From Selaginella moellendorffii (taxonomy: Eukaryota; Plantae; Lycopodiophyta): a stretch of DNA of 64,000 bases. Under the pieces are notes generated by a model. The model ran no database searches and had not been told where the DNA came from. It saw only the letters and a list, made by a program, of their open reading frames with translations. The stretch lies in NCBI RefSeq assembly GCF_000143415.4, contig NW_003314291.1, positions 1,406,517-1,470,516 on the forward strand, read 5' to 3'. The translations under genes and the position numbers were made by a program. Of the stretch, positions 13,346-26,519 are shown in pieces (the stretch's first letter is position 1; the number at the start of each line of letters is the position of its first letter).

Positions 13346-14797
13346 GCACGTAAGTGGCTTCTCTCTTTTCTCCTTTTTTATCTTCTGTGTCCGTTCACGG
13401 CAATCATAGCTCCTTGCTGCTGGTTGTGCCTGAGATTTTCACGCATTGATTCATTCCATCACAGTTGCGGGCCAGCCTTTAGACACGACCAACATCGGAT
13501 TTGAGAGGAGAAGAAAAAGAAAAGTAAACTTCCTGCTTGATTCCGACTGCTGGACACGACGAGGTACTCTCGAGTGAAAGCGAGGGGAGCGAGAGCTCCT
13601 TTTGCTTTTTGCAGGGCTCCAGGCTTTCCTTGAGCCGCGCTTGTTTAGTCTTGAGTTTTTCCGAATCGTGGTGGTGGTGGAGGTGGTGGTGGCAGCGAGA
13701 TATCACGAACTTACAGCAAGAGATTGGAACTTTTTTTTTTTTCTCCCTGCCAGGAAGAAGAAGAAAAGGAGATCGAGCTATGAAAGAATTGGTTGGCTCG
13801 GCTCGGGTGGATTCCAGAGAGGCAATGCAGCAGCCAGAGGCGACAGCAGCAACAAGGAAGGAATAAAAAGCTGGTAAAAATTCGAAGTCTGCGAAAAAAT
13901 ACTCAAACTGGTCGTGGGTTTTTGCAGGCTGGCTGGATCCAATTGGGAAATCCGGGGATCAAAACCGCGTGGTTGGATCGATCGAGTTTTTCTTCCTTTT
14001 TTCCTCCCAGGCGCATTCAATTCAACAACTGGTGAGTGAGAGTGAATTCATTCCATTCATTCCTGTGCAAGGAAACTTAAAAATTTGGAGCACCAACGAC
14101 GATGAATATGATATGACTGACTCTCTCTTTTTTTTTCCACTCTTGCTCTGCGGCGCTTTGGTCGTTTACTCGCTGGCTGCTGCATCCCTCCTCCTTGCTT
14201 AGAAAGCGACACCGGATTTTTCTCAGTGGGTTAGAATCAATCAGAGTTTGCGAGCGATTCGCTCGTTTCTGTCGTTGCAATCTGCCGCAACCATCCGCAA
14301 GAAATGGAAGTTTTTGAGCGAAAGCAAAACAGTGCGTAGAAAAAACTAACGTTTTTTGACAAATGTTGGAGCGCATGTGAAGCAACAAAATCAAAGTTTT
14401 ACGTAAACAAAGCAAGAGCCACCGAGTAGATGAGGGAGGACAATCGATCGCTGCCAAAGGCGAGGAAGTTTCTTACGGTTTGATTCCCTGTTTTTTCCCA
14501 TATTCTATTTCCCCCCCTCCTGAGGTTTTTCTCCTCGGGGAAACGCGAGTGGTGGTGGTCACCAGGGCAGATGATTGAGAGATGCCTTTGCTAGCCGCGC
14601 AAAAGCAAAGAGATGAAGATGCCAAAGGCTGCCACCACCCTGACCCAAATTTCCGGAATCCTTACCCCCTCCTATCATAGAATTTCTGTGGCTTTTGCGC
14701 CTGGCGGGCATGAGTACCGCGCGTGAGAGCGGGACGAAAACGAGTGGGAGCTTGCTTGTTTCGCTCTCGCAGAGCCTGCACAGAATCATTCCCGGCA

Positions 14798-15150
14798 GAG
14801 AAACGAGCATATTCCGCCAGCCAACAGAATACGCTCAGCCGGTAAGCGCCGCGTGAAAAGACTAATTTGCCGGGCAGCAGAATATGCTCCTGTTACCGGT
14901 ATATTCCTTGCCGGTGAAGAATATGCCGCGCTTTTGAATCCGGACATGACACACATTTGGCGTTGCGAGAAACGAGCATATTCCGCCAGCCAACAGAATA
15001 TTCTCGGCCAGAAAGCGCCGCCAGCGTGAAACGAATATTCTGGCGGGCAGCAGAATATGCTCCTGTTACCGGTATATTCTTTGCCGGTGAAGAATATGCC
15101 TCGCCTTTTAAATCCGGACATGACACACGCACACATTTGGCATTGGTTGC
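14798..15150 (+). repeat. Two-copy tandem repeat, unit ~170 bp, with recurring GAATAT submotif
   Basis: GAGAAACGAGCATATTCCGCCAGCCAACAGAATA begins at 14798 and again at 14967; both copies share GAATATGCTCCTGTTACCGGTATATTC and AATCCGGACATGACAC. Confidence 0.9.
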
Positions 15151-16787
15151 GCGAAGTTGACGCACTTATTTTGCGATGGGAACGTCGCCGGAAAACGTGG
15201 CGGGTTTCCATTTAACGGAAGAAATCCGGGCAAAAGATGGCGGCACCAAGTCTGTGCGTTTCGTTGTCCCGTCCCGTGAGGGGTGGTGGTGGTGGCGCTG
15301 GTGATGGTGCTGGCTGGGTGGCACCAAACACCGTACGGCCCCTCCGGTGGGGGCCAGAAAATAGAATGTGGCCGTGGGCTGCCGTACGCTCCCTAGAAGG
15401 AAACTAGCTTAATAGTTTTAGAGTGAGAGTTTGCTCTCTCTCGCTGGTGGTGGTGGGATGCGATCCCCAATCTGACGCAAAGCATCGCAACGATTCTAAT
15501 CCATGGTGCGCTCGCAAAGCTTGGGATCTTGGCAAAAAGAGCTGGGTGGTGGAACGTCTTGTTTCTGTGGCTTTTGGGCGACACGATGACGACGAGGAAG
15601 CTCGAGTAGAGTGGAAGAAGCCACACCATAGCCAAGCCAAGCCAAGCCAGCAAATCCCAGCGCGGCTCTTTTGCCATTCAATCCAAATTGCCACTTGTGG
15701 TAGCTGCTCCAACCAAAGGAGAAAGGAGAGGAAGCGGTCCCCTCTCTCTCTCGTCTTTGGCTGTGGGTGCTTGTTTGCCTCCGCGCAAGAATCCAGCCCA
15801 GCTTTTCTCTCTTGGATCGATCCACCGAGGGAGCAGCACAACTGTTCGGCAATTGCAGCGCCAGAAATTGTTTGTGAGTGAGCAGTACCGCAGCAGCGCG
15901 CGCACACAGGGTGAGAGAGGTGGTGTTTTGCTTGGACAGCATTCATTCACTCTTCCTTCCTTCCGTTGGTTCCTTCTTCTCTTTCATATTGATTGCCTCG
16001 CCATTGCCTTGCCTGACCAAGAACAGCAGAGAGAAAGAGGGTTTTTTCTTCCTCCTCCCTCCCCGTTTCTCTTGAAAGGAAACCACCGATTTGGGTCCTC
16101 TTTCCTCGATCAATTCTCACTTGGGCGACCGCGTGATCTCATGGATCGTCCTGCCCGGGCGCCATTGCTAGTACCCACCAGCTCCTTCTTCCAGATTCTC
16201 AAGGTCAGGCGATCTTCCTTTCTCATAACTTCGCAGCGCTGCCTGCCTAGAGGAGAGAGCACAGGGGAAAAAAAAAATCTACTCGTGCAAATGTACATAG
16301 CTACATTCTTCCCCATCTCTTTCTTCTCTTCTCTGATCTGATCTTTGCGACGTTGCATCTCCTCTCCCCGCTTCTTCGATTTGCTCGCTGCCTCGTGGAT
16401 CGCAATGCATTATAGCCCCTGAATTAAAACCCGATGTGACTAGTGCGTTGGTATGCATGCCTGATGCTTCGCGCTTGCTTGCGTTGCTCTAGATTTTCCT
16501 CGACAAAGTCAAGCAGGGACCCGAGCGAGTGATCTATCATCACAAACATCACTCTCACCAGGTTGCGTTCTTGAGAAGCCAACCTTCCAGTCTTGGATAG
16601 GCCATAAACTTTTCCAGACAGCCAGCTTTTTTCTCCATCTTCATCGTGATCGAGTTTTTCTTTTCTTTTTCTTTTTTTGTGATGCATTCCACTCATCTTG
16701 ATCTTCCCAGGTGCTGATAGCTTTTCTTGATCTTGGCAGCAGCGAGCGAATTTGAGGTGTTGAGCTCCACAAAAACAGCAGGGAAAA

Positions 16788-19700
16788 ATGGATCGAAGAA
16801 GCTGGCCGTGGAAGCGAAAGTCGTCCTCGAAAAACTCCGGAGCTCTTGTGCCTGTTGCAGCTTCTGCAAATGTGTCTCCAGCCAATCGCTCCTCGAGGAG
16901 AAATGACGATCACGTAAGTAGCAAGTTCTTTTCTTTTTTCTCCAAGTCTCTCTGGAAGCGATTTATAACTAGCTAGCTCCATCACTCCTGCAGGGAATGT
17001 CAAAGTTTCTGGCAGATCAAGCACAGGAGGCCACGCTTCGCTGTCAAGAGGCAGAGGAGAAGCTACGAGATGTAAATGCAAAGCTCGCAGCGGCACAGTC
17101 TGAGCTCGTCGAGAAGGAAAACCACGTCAAGCAGCATGCCAAAGTCGCCGAGGAAGCGGTCACAGGTACTTGTCTTACGAGCAGTGGTGGTAGTAAACTC
17201 TTTTTATCTTCCTTGTGTGAGAGTGACTCAGCGTCAGCTTTCTTCGTTCGTTCCTCGCAGGCTGGGAGAAAGCAGAGGAGGAAACAGCGAGCACGAAGCT
17301 CCAGCTCGAGACTTTGTCGAGAAGAAAAGAAGAACTCGAAGGAAAAGTGTCTCAGCTCGACTCGACGCTCAAGGAGTCGCACCGAAGCTCGCAAAGAGCC
17401 AAGGACGATCACGAGCGGAGAATGCAGGAGATGGTGGCCAAGAAGAACAAAGAGTGCGAGAGAATTCGGGCGGAGCTCGAGGCTAGAGTCGCGGAAGTCG
17501 GGCACAGGTTGCTCGAGTCGACTGCCGAGAGCAAAGTTTTGGTGGCGACGCTCCAGGAGAAGATGAGAAGCATCGCGGAGCTGAGCGAGGCGAGATCCAA
17601 GGCCGAGGCGGAGATCGGTGTGCTCAACATCCGGCTGGAAAACATGGACAAGGACAACTTGAGCTTGCAGTACGAGATCCAGGTTCTCAACAAGCAGCTC
17701 CAGATTCGCAACGACGAGAAGGACTACTGCAAGCGAGAGGCGGACGCGGCGCACAAGCAGCACCTGGATGGCGTGAAGAAGATCCAAGTTTTGGAGGCCG
17801 AGTGCCAGAGACTCCGGAGCTTGGTGAGGAGAAAGCTGCCCGGTCCGGCTGCTGTGGCCCAGATGAAACAAGAGGTTGATTCGTGGGGACGAGAGGAGAG
17901 ACGACGATCGTTCGGGAGCAGCAAAGGTGGCGGAGGTGGCGGTGAATACCACGGGCGGCTCTCGGGTGGTAACAAGGACTTTCAGATCCAACTGCTTACG
18001 GAGAGAGTCCTGTCGATGGAAGAGGAGACGAAACTGCTGCGAGAAGTTCTGGCTCAGAAGAACAACGAGCTCCAGGCGGCCAAGAGCTTGGCTTCCGCGC
18101 AGGATCTCTCCGAGGCAGCGTCGTCGTGTGTCCGTGGGGGCTTGAAGCCGAGAGCTCTGGCGGTGGGATCCATGTCCGAGTCGAGTGTGAATGACGAAGG
18201 TGGCGCGAGCTGTGCGGACGCCTGGACGTCGGCCATGATCTCGGAGCTGGACCAGTTCAAGAAAGACGCGTCCAAAGTGGACAGCAGCGAGAGCCCGCGG
18301 ATCATCCTGGCCGGCGACTCGAAGTTCCAGATGATGGATGACTTTGCGGAGATGGAGCAGCTAACGTCGAGCGCGGCAGCAACCAAGAGCGAAGAGGAAC
18401 TCGACCAAACTCCAAAGCTTGAATCGGGTTCCTCGGATCGAGCAGCAGAGCTGGAGAAGCTTGTGTCCGAGAAGGAAGAACAGCTCAACGCCGCCAACCG
18501 GCTGTGCATGGAGATCAGCAGCAAGCTCCTGGCGACCGAGAAGGAGTTTAGCGCCCTCCAGGCGAAGAATGCCGCGAACGAGAGCTCTCTCATCAAGCTC
18601 CAGGAGAAGCTGGATTTGTTGCTGGAAGCTCCAGCTCCAGGGGATCAAAAGGTGGCGGCGGACGACAAAGAGAGCTTGAAGATTCATGCAGCTCTTACCG
18701 AAAACGTCCAAAAGGTGGTGTGCCTGGTGGAAGCTCTAGCTCATTCTGTGGGTGCGGAGCACGAGGATGGCCACTCTCTGCCATCGCCCAGTGCGGATTC
18801 GGCGGTGAGCTCGGACGTGAGCAGCAGCGATCAATCCACCAGCATGGCGAACCCCAGCTTTGAGAAGCTCACGACCGCGAGCAACAGGCTGGTGGAAGGG
18901 AAAGTTAGCGTCATCGATTTCATGAGCGAGCTCTCCACGGTTCTTACCTCGATCGTCTCGAGCGACAGTGGATCCGAGCAAGGGAGGTGCTTGAGAAGTC
19001 TGATGAGGAAAGAGAGCAGCGGCGAGCTCCTTGGCGCGGATCAACACAAGATGGAAAAGCTCGAGAGGGAGAACACGGGCTTGCGAACTGAGGCAAAGAA
19101 GCTGTCCGAGGAACTTAGCAGGATCAAGGTTGAAAAGGAGTTGCTTCATCAGAGCTGCGAGAGATCCAAGGACGAACTTCAAGAGGTGGAATCGAAGCTG
19201 TCGATTGCGGAGAGGCTGGTCTCCGAGTTCAAGCAGCAGCTGACAACATGTAGGAGCGAGCTTTCGCAGTGTAGAGCGAGCCTGGAGGAACGGATCAAGG
19301 TGGCCGACTCCACAGTGGCGGAGTTGCGAGAGAAGCTGGAAGTGGTGGAAGGGAAGTTCCAAGCGGAGCAGGACCAGCACCGGGAACTCGAGAAGAGATA
19401 TGAAGAACTGGAGAAGCAGATCAACCTGTAAGAACTCCTCGTTTCCTTCTTTTCTAATGTTTCGCGGGCCTGAACTTACAGCATCTTTGTCTTGCAGAGA
19501 ACACTCTTGTCGTGGCGATGGTGATCGTCCGGACGAAGATTGTGCAAACCAAAACAATGTAAGTTCCCCAGATTCTTTTCTCGCTCGCGGCCTGATCACT
19601 GGATCACTTGCAGGGCGACGAGATTGCTGTGAAGCTTGCGGAATGCCAAAGGACGATCCTGGCCCTGGGGAAGCAACTTAAAGTTCTCTCCTCGGACTCG

Positions 19701-20162
19701 GACCAGCAGCAGCAACAGCAGCAGCATCAAGAAGAGCTCAGTGACATCGACGAGAGTTGCATCGCTCGAAACCTCCAAACTTCCAACAACAACACGCTCC
19801 GTATGGAAGACGAAGAAGACTTCTCGTGGTCGAGGATCAAGCTCCAAGGCTTCGAGCCCGATCACCTCACACTCCCTTGGAGTCCTCCAAGGAGTGTGGA
19901 AGAGTTGCAGCCGCCACCCCGCAAGACCAACGGAAGAGCAGAAGAATCGGACTCGACATGGCTCTACTCGGGGGATCAGGCAGCGGCGGGATACAGGCGG
20001 ACGGTGATGAGATCGCCAGGAAGATTTGTGAGCAAGAAATCTGGAGCTGCTGCTTCCAATGAGCTCGCAAAGTCCGTAACCATTCCTCACCATCCCAAGA
20101 ACTATCATGGAGGCTCCAGCTTTGCCAGGTTCTTCTCCAGAAACAGCAGGAACCCAAGCTGA
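16788..20162 (+). CDS. Filament-like plant protein (FPP/DUF869 coiled-coil)
   Basis: Exons ~16788-16913, 16994-17165, 17261-19427, 19498-19558, 19614-20162; MDRRSWPWKRKS, VKQHAKVAEEAVTGWEKAE, LVRRKLPGPAA, MDDFAEME, KLAECQRTILALGKQLK. Confidence 0.93.
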
Positions 20163-20329
20163 TGTGATCTTGAAGAACCACAAAACTGAAACAATGAGAA
20201 TAAAAAAGAAAGAAAAAAAAGTTCCAGTTAGAACATCTCTGTAAAGTAAAAATCTTGGTGTGTATATAATATATAATTATTGTTGCAAAAAAAAGTAGAT
20301 TTAAATTCATTCCGTCCAAGACGAGGGAA

Positions 20330-20866
20330 TCACCACTTCCCTTTAACTGTATCTTCGAGTATAGTTACTTCGGGTGACTTGGAAGATTTGAGGTGTGTGT
20401 TCAATATAAACAAAGCTTCTCCCATCATTTTCTTGTTGGATAAGCTCGTGGCCATGGCTATGGATGTCTCCTCATCAGGCTCCACAAGATTACAAAACGC
20501 CTCAAACTTTACCATCTCTGAAACATTGGAGGTAAAGCTTAGCAGCTCTTCGAGAGTTTGAGGCAGCGGATAGCAGGCTTTGGTTGCAAGCACAAAGAAC
20601 GCATCAGCGATGCTGTATTCGCCGACACAGTGCGTCATCTCTCCATCGTCCAGATTGATCAGGCCTTTCTTCAAGCCAGCTATCAGAAGTTCTTTCTCCG
20701 GGATCGCTGCGCAAGTCAAGAATGGCCTGATACTTAGGCCCACTGTCACCCCATGGAACATTGCCTGCTTGATGATGGCGATTATAACATCGACCTCCTT
20801 CGCTGCCTTGAGCACAATCTGATGAGCCTGTGCTTCCCCAACCATCTCAGACACTAGAGTGATCAT
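20330..20866 (-). CDS. Hypothetical protein (178 aa ORF), no recognised family; possibly a gene relic
   Basis: Uninterrupted ORF of protein-like composition; a decayed homologous segment lies upstream at ~20941-21060. Confidence 0.45.
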   Translation of the reverse strand: MITLVSEMVGEAQAHQIVLKAAKEVDVIIAIIKQAMFHGVTVGLSIRPFLTCAAIPEKELLIAGLKKGLINLDDGEMTHCVGEYSIADAFFVLATKACYPLPQTLEELLSFTSNVSEMVKFEAFCNLVEPDEETSIAMATSLSNKKMMGEALFILNTHLKSSKSPEVTILEDTVKGKW

Positions 20867-21334
20867 CTCTTCCAGCTGTTGATGCCAACTAAATCTTGCA
20901 GAAACGTGTGGGAAAGAACCAGGTCAACACCCTTCGCTCTTCACTCTTTGAAAGATCGAGATAGCGGATAGCAGACAAACAAGGAAGAAATGCCGCTGTA
21001 ATAGCAAACGTGGTGCTTCATCTTTCCATCGTTCACATTAATCAAGCCTTGCTTCAAGGCTCGAGTTTGCCACCATAGATAGTTTCATTTTTAGCGCACA
21101 AAGAGAGTTTTAATCCTGTGCGTGGAAACATCTGGTTCATCTGCTTCAACTGCCATTATCAAAGCTCGCCCAGCGGAATTTTAATTCTGATACTGGCTAG
21201 CCTGCTGCAAGTTAGGTGGTCAACACACAATCCATTTTTCTTATAAAGAGTAGGAACCGAGAACTCACCTGTTGATCGCTCCAGGCACTTCCACTTTGTG
21301 TTTTTTTCTTTTTCCTTAACTCGGATCTCTTTCG

Positions 21335-22455
21335 ATGGCCGGAAGAATCTCAATGCTGCTCCTGTTGCTTCCAGTTCTTGTTCCGGTGATGGATGCAGCA
21401 GCAGGAGGCCTGACCCCGGGATTCTATCAGCAGAGTTGTCCGAACGCCGAATCCATGACACGTTCCACAGTCCAGCGACTGACCCTGCTCGATCCAACTC
21501 TCTCCGCTGCGCTGGTCCGCCTAGTCTTCCACGACTGCCAAGTCCAGGGCTGCGATGGATCCATCCTTCTCGCCACCACCAAAAATCAATCCTTCTCGCC
21601 GGTCACCACCAGCGAGCTCGCCTCCTCCAACAACTTTGGAATCCGGCGACTGGACGCCATCGACCGGATTAAGTCGGTGCTCGAGGCCTCCTGCCCTGGC
21701 GTTGTGTCGTGCGCGGACATCGTCGTCATGGCTGCCCGGGACGCCATTGCTCTGGTAAGACAACAAAAGTTTCCATCATTTCGGAAGAAAGAAAGAATGC
21801 GAAAGAGCTGACCATTCTGATCTCGCTTGGATTTTCACAGTCTGGAGGGCCGACGATACCGATCCTGACCGGCAGAAGAGATGGAACCACAGCCAGCGCC
21901 AAGCAAGCCGACGATTCTCTTTTCCCGCCACAAACTCCGCTCGATCGGGTGCTCTCCGTCTTCCAATCGCAAGGCCTCGACACGGTGGATACAGTAGCGC
22001 TGCTCGGTATTTCACGCCTGCTCGACCTTCTTGCCCGTAATATCGTTCGATCTTGCGCAGGAGGCCACACCCTGGGAGTGTCGCACTGCCCTAGCGTCGT
22101 CAATCGCCTCTACCCGCGCATGGATTCATCGCTGCCGCTGGGATTCGGCGCGTCGCTGCGCCTGCGCTGCCCGGCCACGATCCCGATGAACAACCTCAGC
22201 ATCATCGCCAACGATTTCACAAACCTGGCCTTCGACAATCGCTTCTACAGCGATGTGATCGCCGGCACCGGCGTCCTCACGGTCGATCAGCAGCTCGCCA
22301 GCGATCCGCGCACCCGCGGCATCGTCAATCAATTCGCCGCCGACCGTGCCGCCTTCTTCCGCGCATTCGCGCGAGGGTTCCAGAAAATGTCCCACCTCAA
22401 CGTGCTCACGAGCAATGCCGGACAAGTACGGCGGAGCTGCCGTACAGCCAACTAA
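21335..22455 (+). CDS. Class III secretory peroxidase
   Basis: Signal peptide, RLVFHDCQVQGCDGSILL, CPGVVSCADI, GRRDG, GGHTLG, FDNRFY; two introns. Confidence 0.95.
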
Positions 22456-22740
22456 ATCGCGCGCCACTGTCCATTGGCCATTGGCCAGTGGCCGCCACCA
22501 CCACGCCGCGCAAAGACTGTCACTTTGTCTATTCAATGAGCTATCAATGTGAGAAAAGGGTCTCACAAAAATCACACTTGTCCACTCCTTGAGCAACGAT
22601 GTCTTTGCTCATACCAAAAATCTTAACTCCTCCGTGAAGCCTTTTCCTAAGGTTATTTATCTCACACACCAGCGAGCCTCTCTTGGGTCGATCGATCGAG
22701 CTCATGGAAGCCTTGGCGAGCCTGAAAATCATCACTCCCA

Positions 22741-23842
22741 TCAGTTGAGAGATCCACAGCTTCGTCGTATCTCGCCACTGTCGCCGGTGAGCACCGTGTG
22801 AGACGTGAGCTTGAGGAACCCCGCGGTGAAAGCGTCGAAGAAGGCCTTTTGGTTCTGGGCGTAGAGGGCGACAATCCCGGACGTCGCTGGATGCACTCCC
22901 AGCTCCGCGTCGATCGTCAGCAGCCCCATTCCGCTGCTCACGTCCCGGAAGTACTGGTTGTCGAAGATGAGATTGGTGTTATCGTTGGCTACCACGGTTA
23001 AGTTGTTGATGAGTACGGGGTTTCCAGTCGGGCAGCTCAAGCCCAACCTTCCAGCGTACACCAATCCCATTGCCGAGTCCCTACTGGGATATAAGCGATT
23101 CACGAAGCTCACGCAGTGTGACACTCCGATTGTATGAGCACCTAGAAGAAGATCATTCACTCATTTTATCAGGAACAATTTCTATTTAGAAAAAGGAAAA
23201 GCTCGACTCACCTATGAGAGCAACACCTTCCTCCGGAGTGATGCCTTTCGCCTTGAACATGTCGAGCATTGCCGGAACTGTGATGGTTGCCGGTGGAAGA
23301 GAACTGTCTGCTTGAGCATTGCTTGCAAACCGGCTGTCCCTCCTGCCTAGTAACACATCTATGGTCGGACCTCCTCCCATAGTGATCGCATCCCGGGCGG
23401 CCAGGACCACTATGTCCGCGCACGACACCACTCCGGGACACCAGAACTCAAGAGCAGTCTTTACCCTGTCGATCACATTCAGCCCCCGAATTCCAAAGTT
23501 CTTGTCAGACTCCTGCTCGCTGGTGATTGCTCCAGCCGAAGTTAGAAGAATCGATGCGTCACAGCCCTGCGTCACGAAACAAGCCCAGATCAATACCGGT
23601 ATATAGATAGCGTTATACAAAAACAGACTTACTCCAACTTGGCAGTCGTGGAATGCTGCTCGAACGAGTGCCGCCGCTGCAGTGGGATCCGCCATCAAGT
23701 TCGGAGTCATTGTCGTTCGAACAATGCTCTCCACTCGAGGGCAAGTGAGATCGTAGAAGCCGGCTCTCAGCTGTGACATTGTTCCCGACAGCAAGCCACT
23801 CAAAGTAAGCCAAAACCAGAATGCAGACAACCAGAGATCCAT
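22741..23842 (-). CDS. Class III secretory peroxidase
   Basis: Signal peptide, RAAFHDCQVGGCDASILL, CPGVVSCADI, GRRDS, GAHTIG, FDNQYF; three introns. Confidence 0.95.
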
Positions 23843-24953
23843 CTCAGATCTTGCAACTCCACGGAAGAAAATCTATCCGGAAAAGCGAAGGCGCTGCTCT
23901 GCTCGCTCACTCGCTCACGACTCTAGCTCTTCCTTCCTGCCTAAATACAATCCAGAATCCAAGCAGCATTCTAATGGCTAGAGCTACCCTGCCTAAACTA
24001 CTCCTGCCTGCACTGATGCAACGCAGCTGCGAGACAATGCAAGTCATCAGGTCAGCCGGTCATCTTCACGACGCGTGTACCATTTCTCAGAGAGCAATGG
24101 ATTTCACACTCCATATGCTTCAATGTTCTTGTTGGGAGGAGAGAAATCGGTTGACCCCTTCCGACCATTGTGCATGAATGAAAAATGGAGAAAGAGGAAG
24201 CAACTACGCAACCACCACAAAGCAAACCAACATGACTCCATCGCTCTTTTAATTCACTCCTTTCTTTCCAAGCAGCACAGAGCAGCAGGAACAGCACGAC
24301 AAAAGATAAAAAGGACGAGCATTTAAGCATTCGCAGGCAATGCAATTTAAGGCCGCCATGAGCAACTTAAGCAGCCCGAGAAGTACCACAAAAATACTGA
24401 CCTCTGCAGCAAAACCATATACTTACTTGTACAAAACCGTGGCGCTCGTTCCGTGTGGAGTCTTGAATTACTTCACGACTTCTTAGATCTCTCGCAAGGA
24501 AGATTGTCTGTTTGGCACCTAAAATAATCCAAACAAAAACAAGTTGTTTATCTCAGGGGAGTGAAGAAAAGGTCGGTGCAACGAAATACAAAATGCACAA
24601 ATGTCTTCAGAATGAATGGATGCTTAGAAGCTTCCAAACAATAAGATTGTGTGCAAAGACCGATGATGATAAGCTTTGTGTGCCTCATGCTTCATCACAC
24701 CAGTATCATGTATAATGCCCCCGACCCGATTCCTCCCGCTATAGCCAGTACCTTGCATTCTAAAATGCGGTGAATGCATCTTTTGTCGAAGAACGCCATC
24801 AACTAGTAAGCATGGAGACGACCATCAGCGCGCCTCCTCCCCTACGATGCAATGATACAGACTCTGACGATGCCATCCATGCTTGCAGTCAGTTCAAGAT
24901 GATGTTATGCTGGATGCGAGCTAAAAAGATCGGAGGAAATACATCCCTTTATG

Positions 24954-26471
24954 TCAGGCAGTCGACGTCTCTGAAGTCACTGAATTGCGATCGGTAGCAC
25001 CATTTGTCATTGTACTCAATGTTGTCAATGTTGGGGATGACACACCGGGAGGAGGGATCCCATCAAGCTGCCCACTAGGTCCCTCCTTCTTCCGCCCGTA
25101 AGGATTTTTCGAATACGTGGACAAACTGTCAAGGAAATTCAACCAAAGACGAAGAAAAAGACAAACGAAGAAACCGAAAAAAGGATATTGTATTCTCATC
25201 CCACCACGATCTGAAGTCGAAAGAACAGCACCTTGAAGGTTCGTGTGGACTGCCATAGCTGTATTTACATCCTGAAAGCACCAGTGTTACATACTGCGAA
25301 CACAGGACAAAGTGTGAATGCTCACAACAAACTCGATGAAACACACAGTGCTCCTTCCTTGGCGCAGGACTTTCATTTGTCTAAAACCTGGTTGGCTGCA
25401 CAGACACTTCCAAACCGTCAAAACAATCAGGTTTGCACGGATAGAATAACTTGCCTGCTAAACAACCCACGCAGCTCCGCTTCACTCGTTGCTTCACCGA
25501 GATTTCCAATAAACAAAGTGTTACATGGCGGATTGTCCTTAGTGTTCTGCTGAAACAAAACATGGTGGTAACGTTCCCCATACAAGACGTCAGAAAAAGC
25601 TTCTACCTGAACAGGAGCGTAACCAGCAGGTGCCACGGGTGCAGGAGGAGGAACCGGAGGAGGTACCTGAGCAACTGGATACGATCCATAAGGATCGTAA
25701 GGAGCTGGAGCCATGTACCTGCAGAACCCCAAAGAAAAAACAGAAATGAGGAAACGATACAGTGCAAGATGGGAAGAATAAAAAACGGAAGAAAGAAGAA
25801 CTCACCCCTGGGGTGGCCACGCCGGCGGCGGAGGAGGTGCAAAAGGAGGAGGATAGGCAGGCGTGCACTCGCCCCCAGTTCGCATTCTCTTGCTATGATC
25901 GTATGCTGTTCCCTCTGCATTGATCCCCGTAACACCTGACACCGTAAACAAAAAATCATGAGCAGACATATCACAAAAACTTGGATATTAGATTACTTGC
26001 CTCTTTTCACATATAAGTTCTTCTTTGCCATCTCGGCACGCAGCACGGACTTAGCGTCGGCATCGAACACTAGATTCTGGAAAACGATGTAAGATTACTT
26101 GTGATGATCAAAAGAGAAAAAGAAAAACCAACTTAAAATCCGAGTTAACGCTTGCCTGGAGTGCGTCTCGAGCAGCCATTGCCATTGAGGCGGTGGAGAA
26201 GAGCGCGAATCCCATTGGCTGGTCGCCTTTGAAGTTCATTTGCGACGCCTCATATCCGGGCCACCAGCGCAGGAGATTTTGGAGCTCCCGCTCCTTGACA
26301 TCTGGTGGAAAACCTAGCACGAAGATCGTCCTCACCTGAGAAAAAATCGAGAAAACGATGAAATCCAATCCAGCGCCTCCAATCGAAGCTCCCTACCTCA
26401 TCAATCGCCACTTCCGGTTGCGGCGTCGCGCCTGACCAGGGATTGTATTGCGGATTCCCTACTGCCGCCAT
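24954..26471 (-). CDS. Two-RRM RNA-binding protein, RBPMS/couch-potato/NSR-like
   Basis: VRTIFVLGFPPDVKERELQNLLRW, LRAEMAKKNL, KDNPPCNTLFIGNLG, GGMRIQYSKNP; the reading frame requires non-canonical splice sites. Confidence 0.9.
25117..25188 (-). other. U12-type (minor spliceosome) AT-AC intron
   Basis: Minus strand: 5' ATATCCTTT, branch site TTCCTTGAC (25136-25128), terminal CAC; splicing restores MRIQ-YSKNP. Confidence 0.9.
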
Positions 26472-26519
26472 TGCCCGTCGCAAATCTGTGAGCTCCCCCC
26501 GGGAGATTTTAAGTGAACC

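Noticed and set aside
13630-13642. miR171-like TTGAGCCGCGC
   Set aside because: Only an 11-nt match and no evident hairpin partner
17044-19599. Long antisense ORFs over the FPP gene
   Set aside because: Antisense shadows of coiled-coil codon bias
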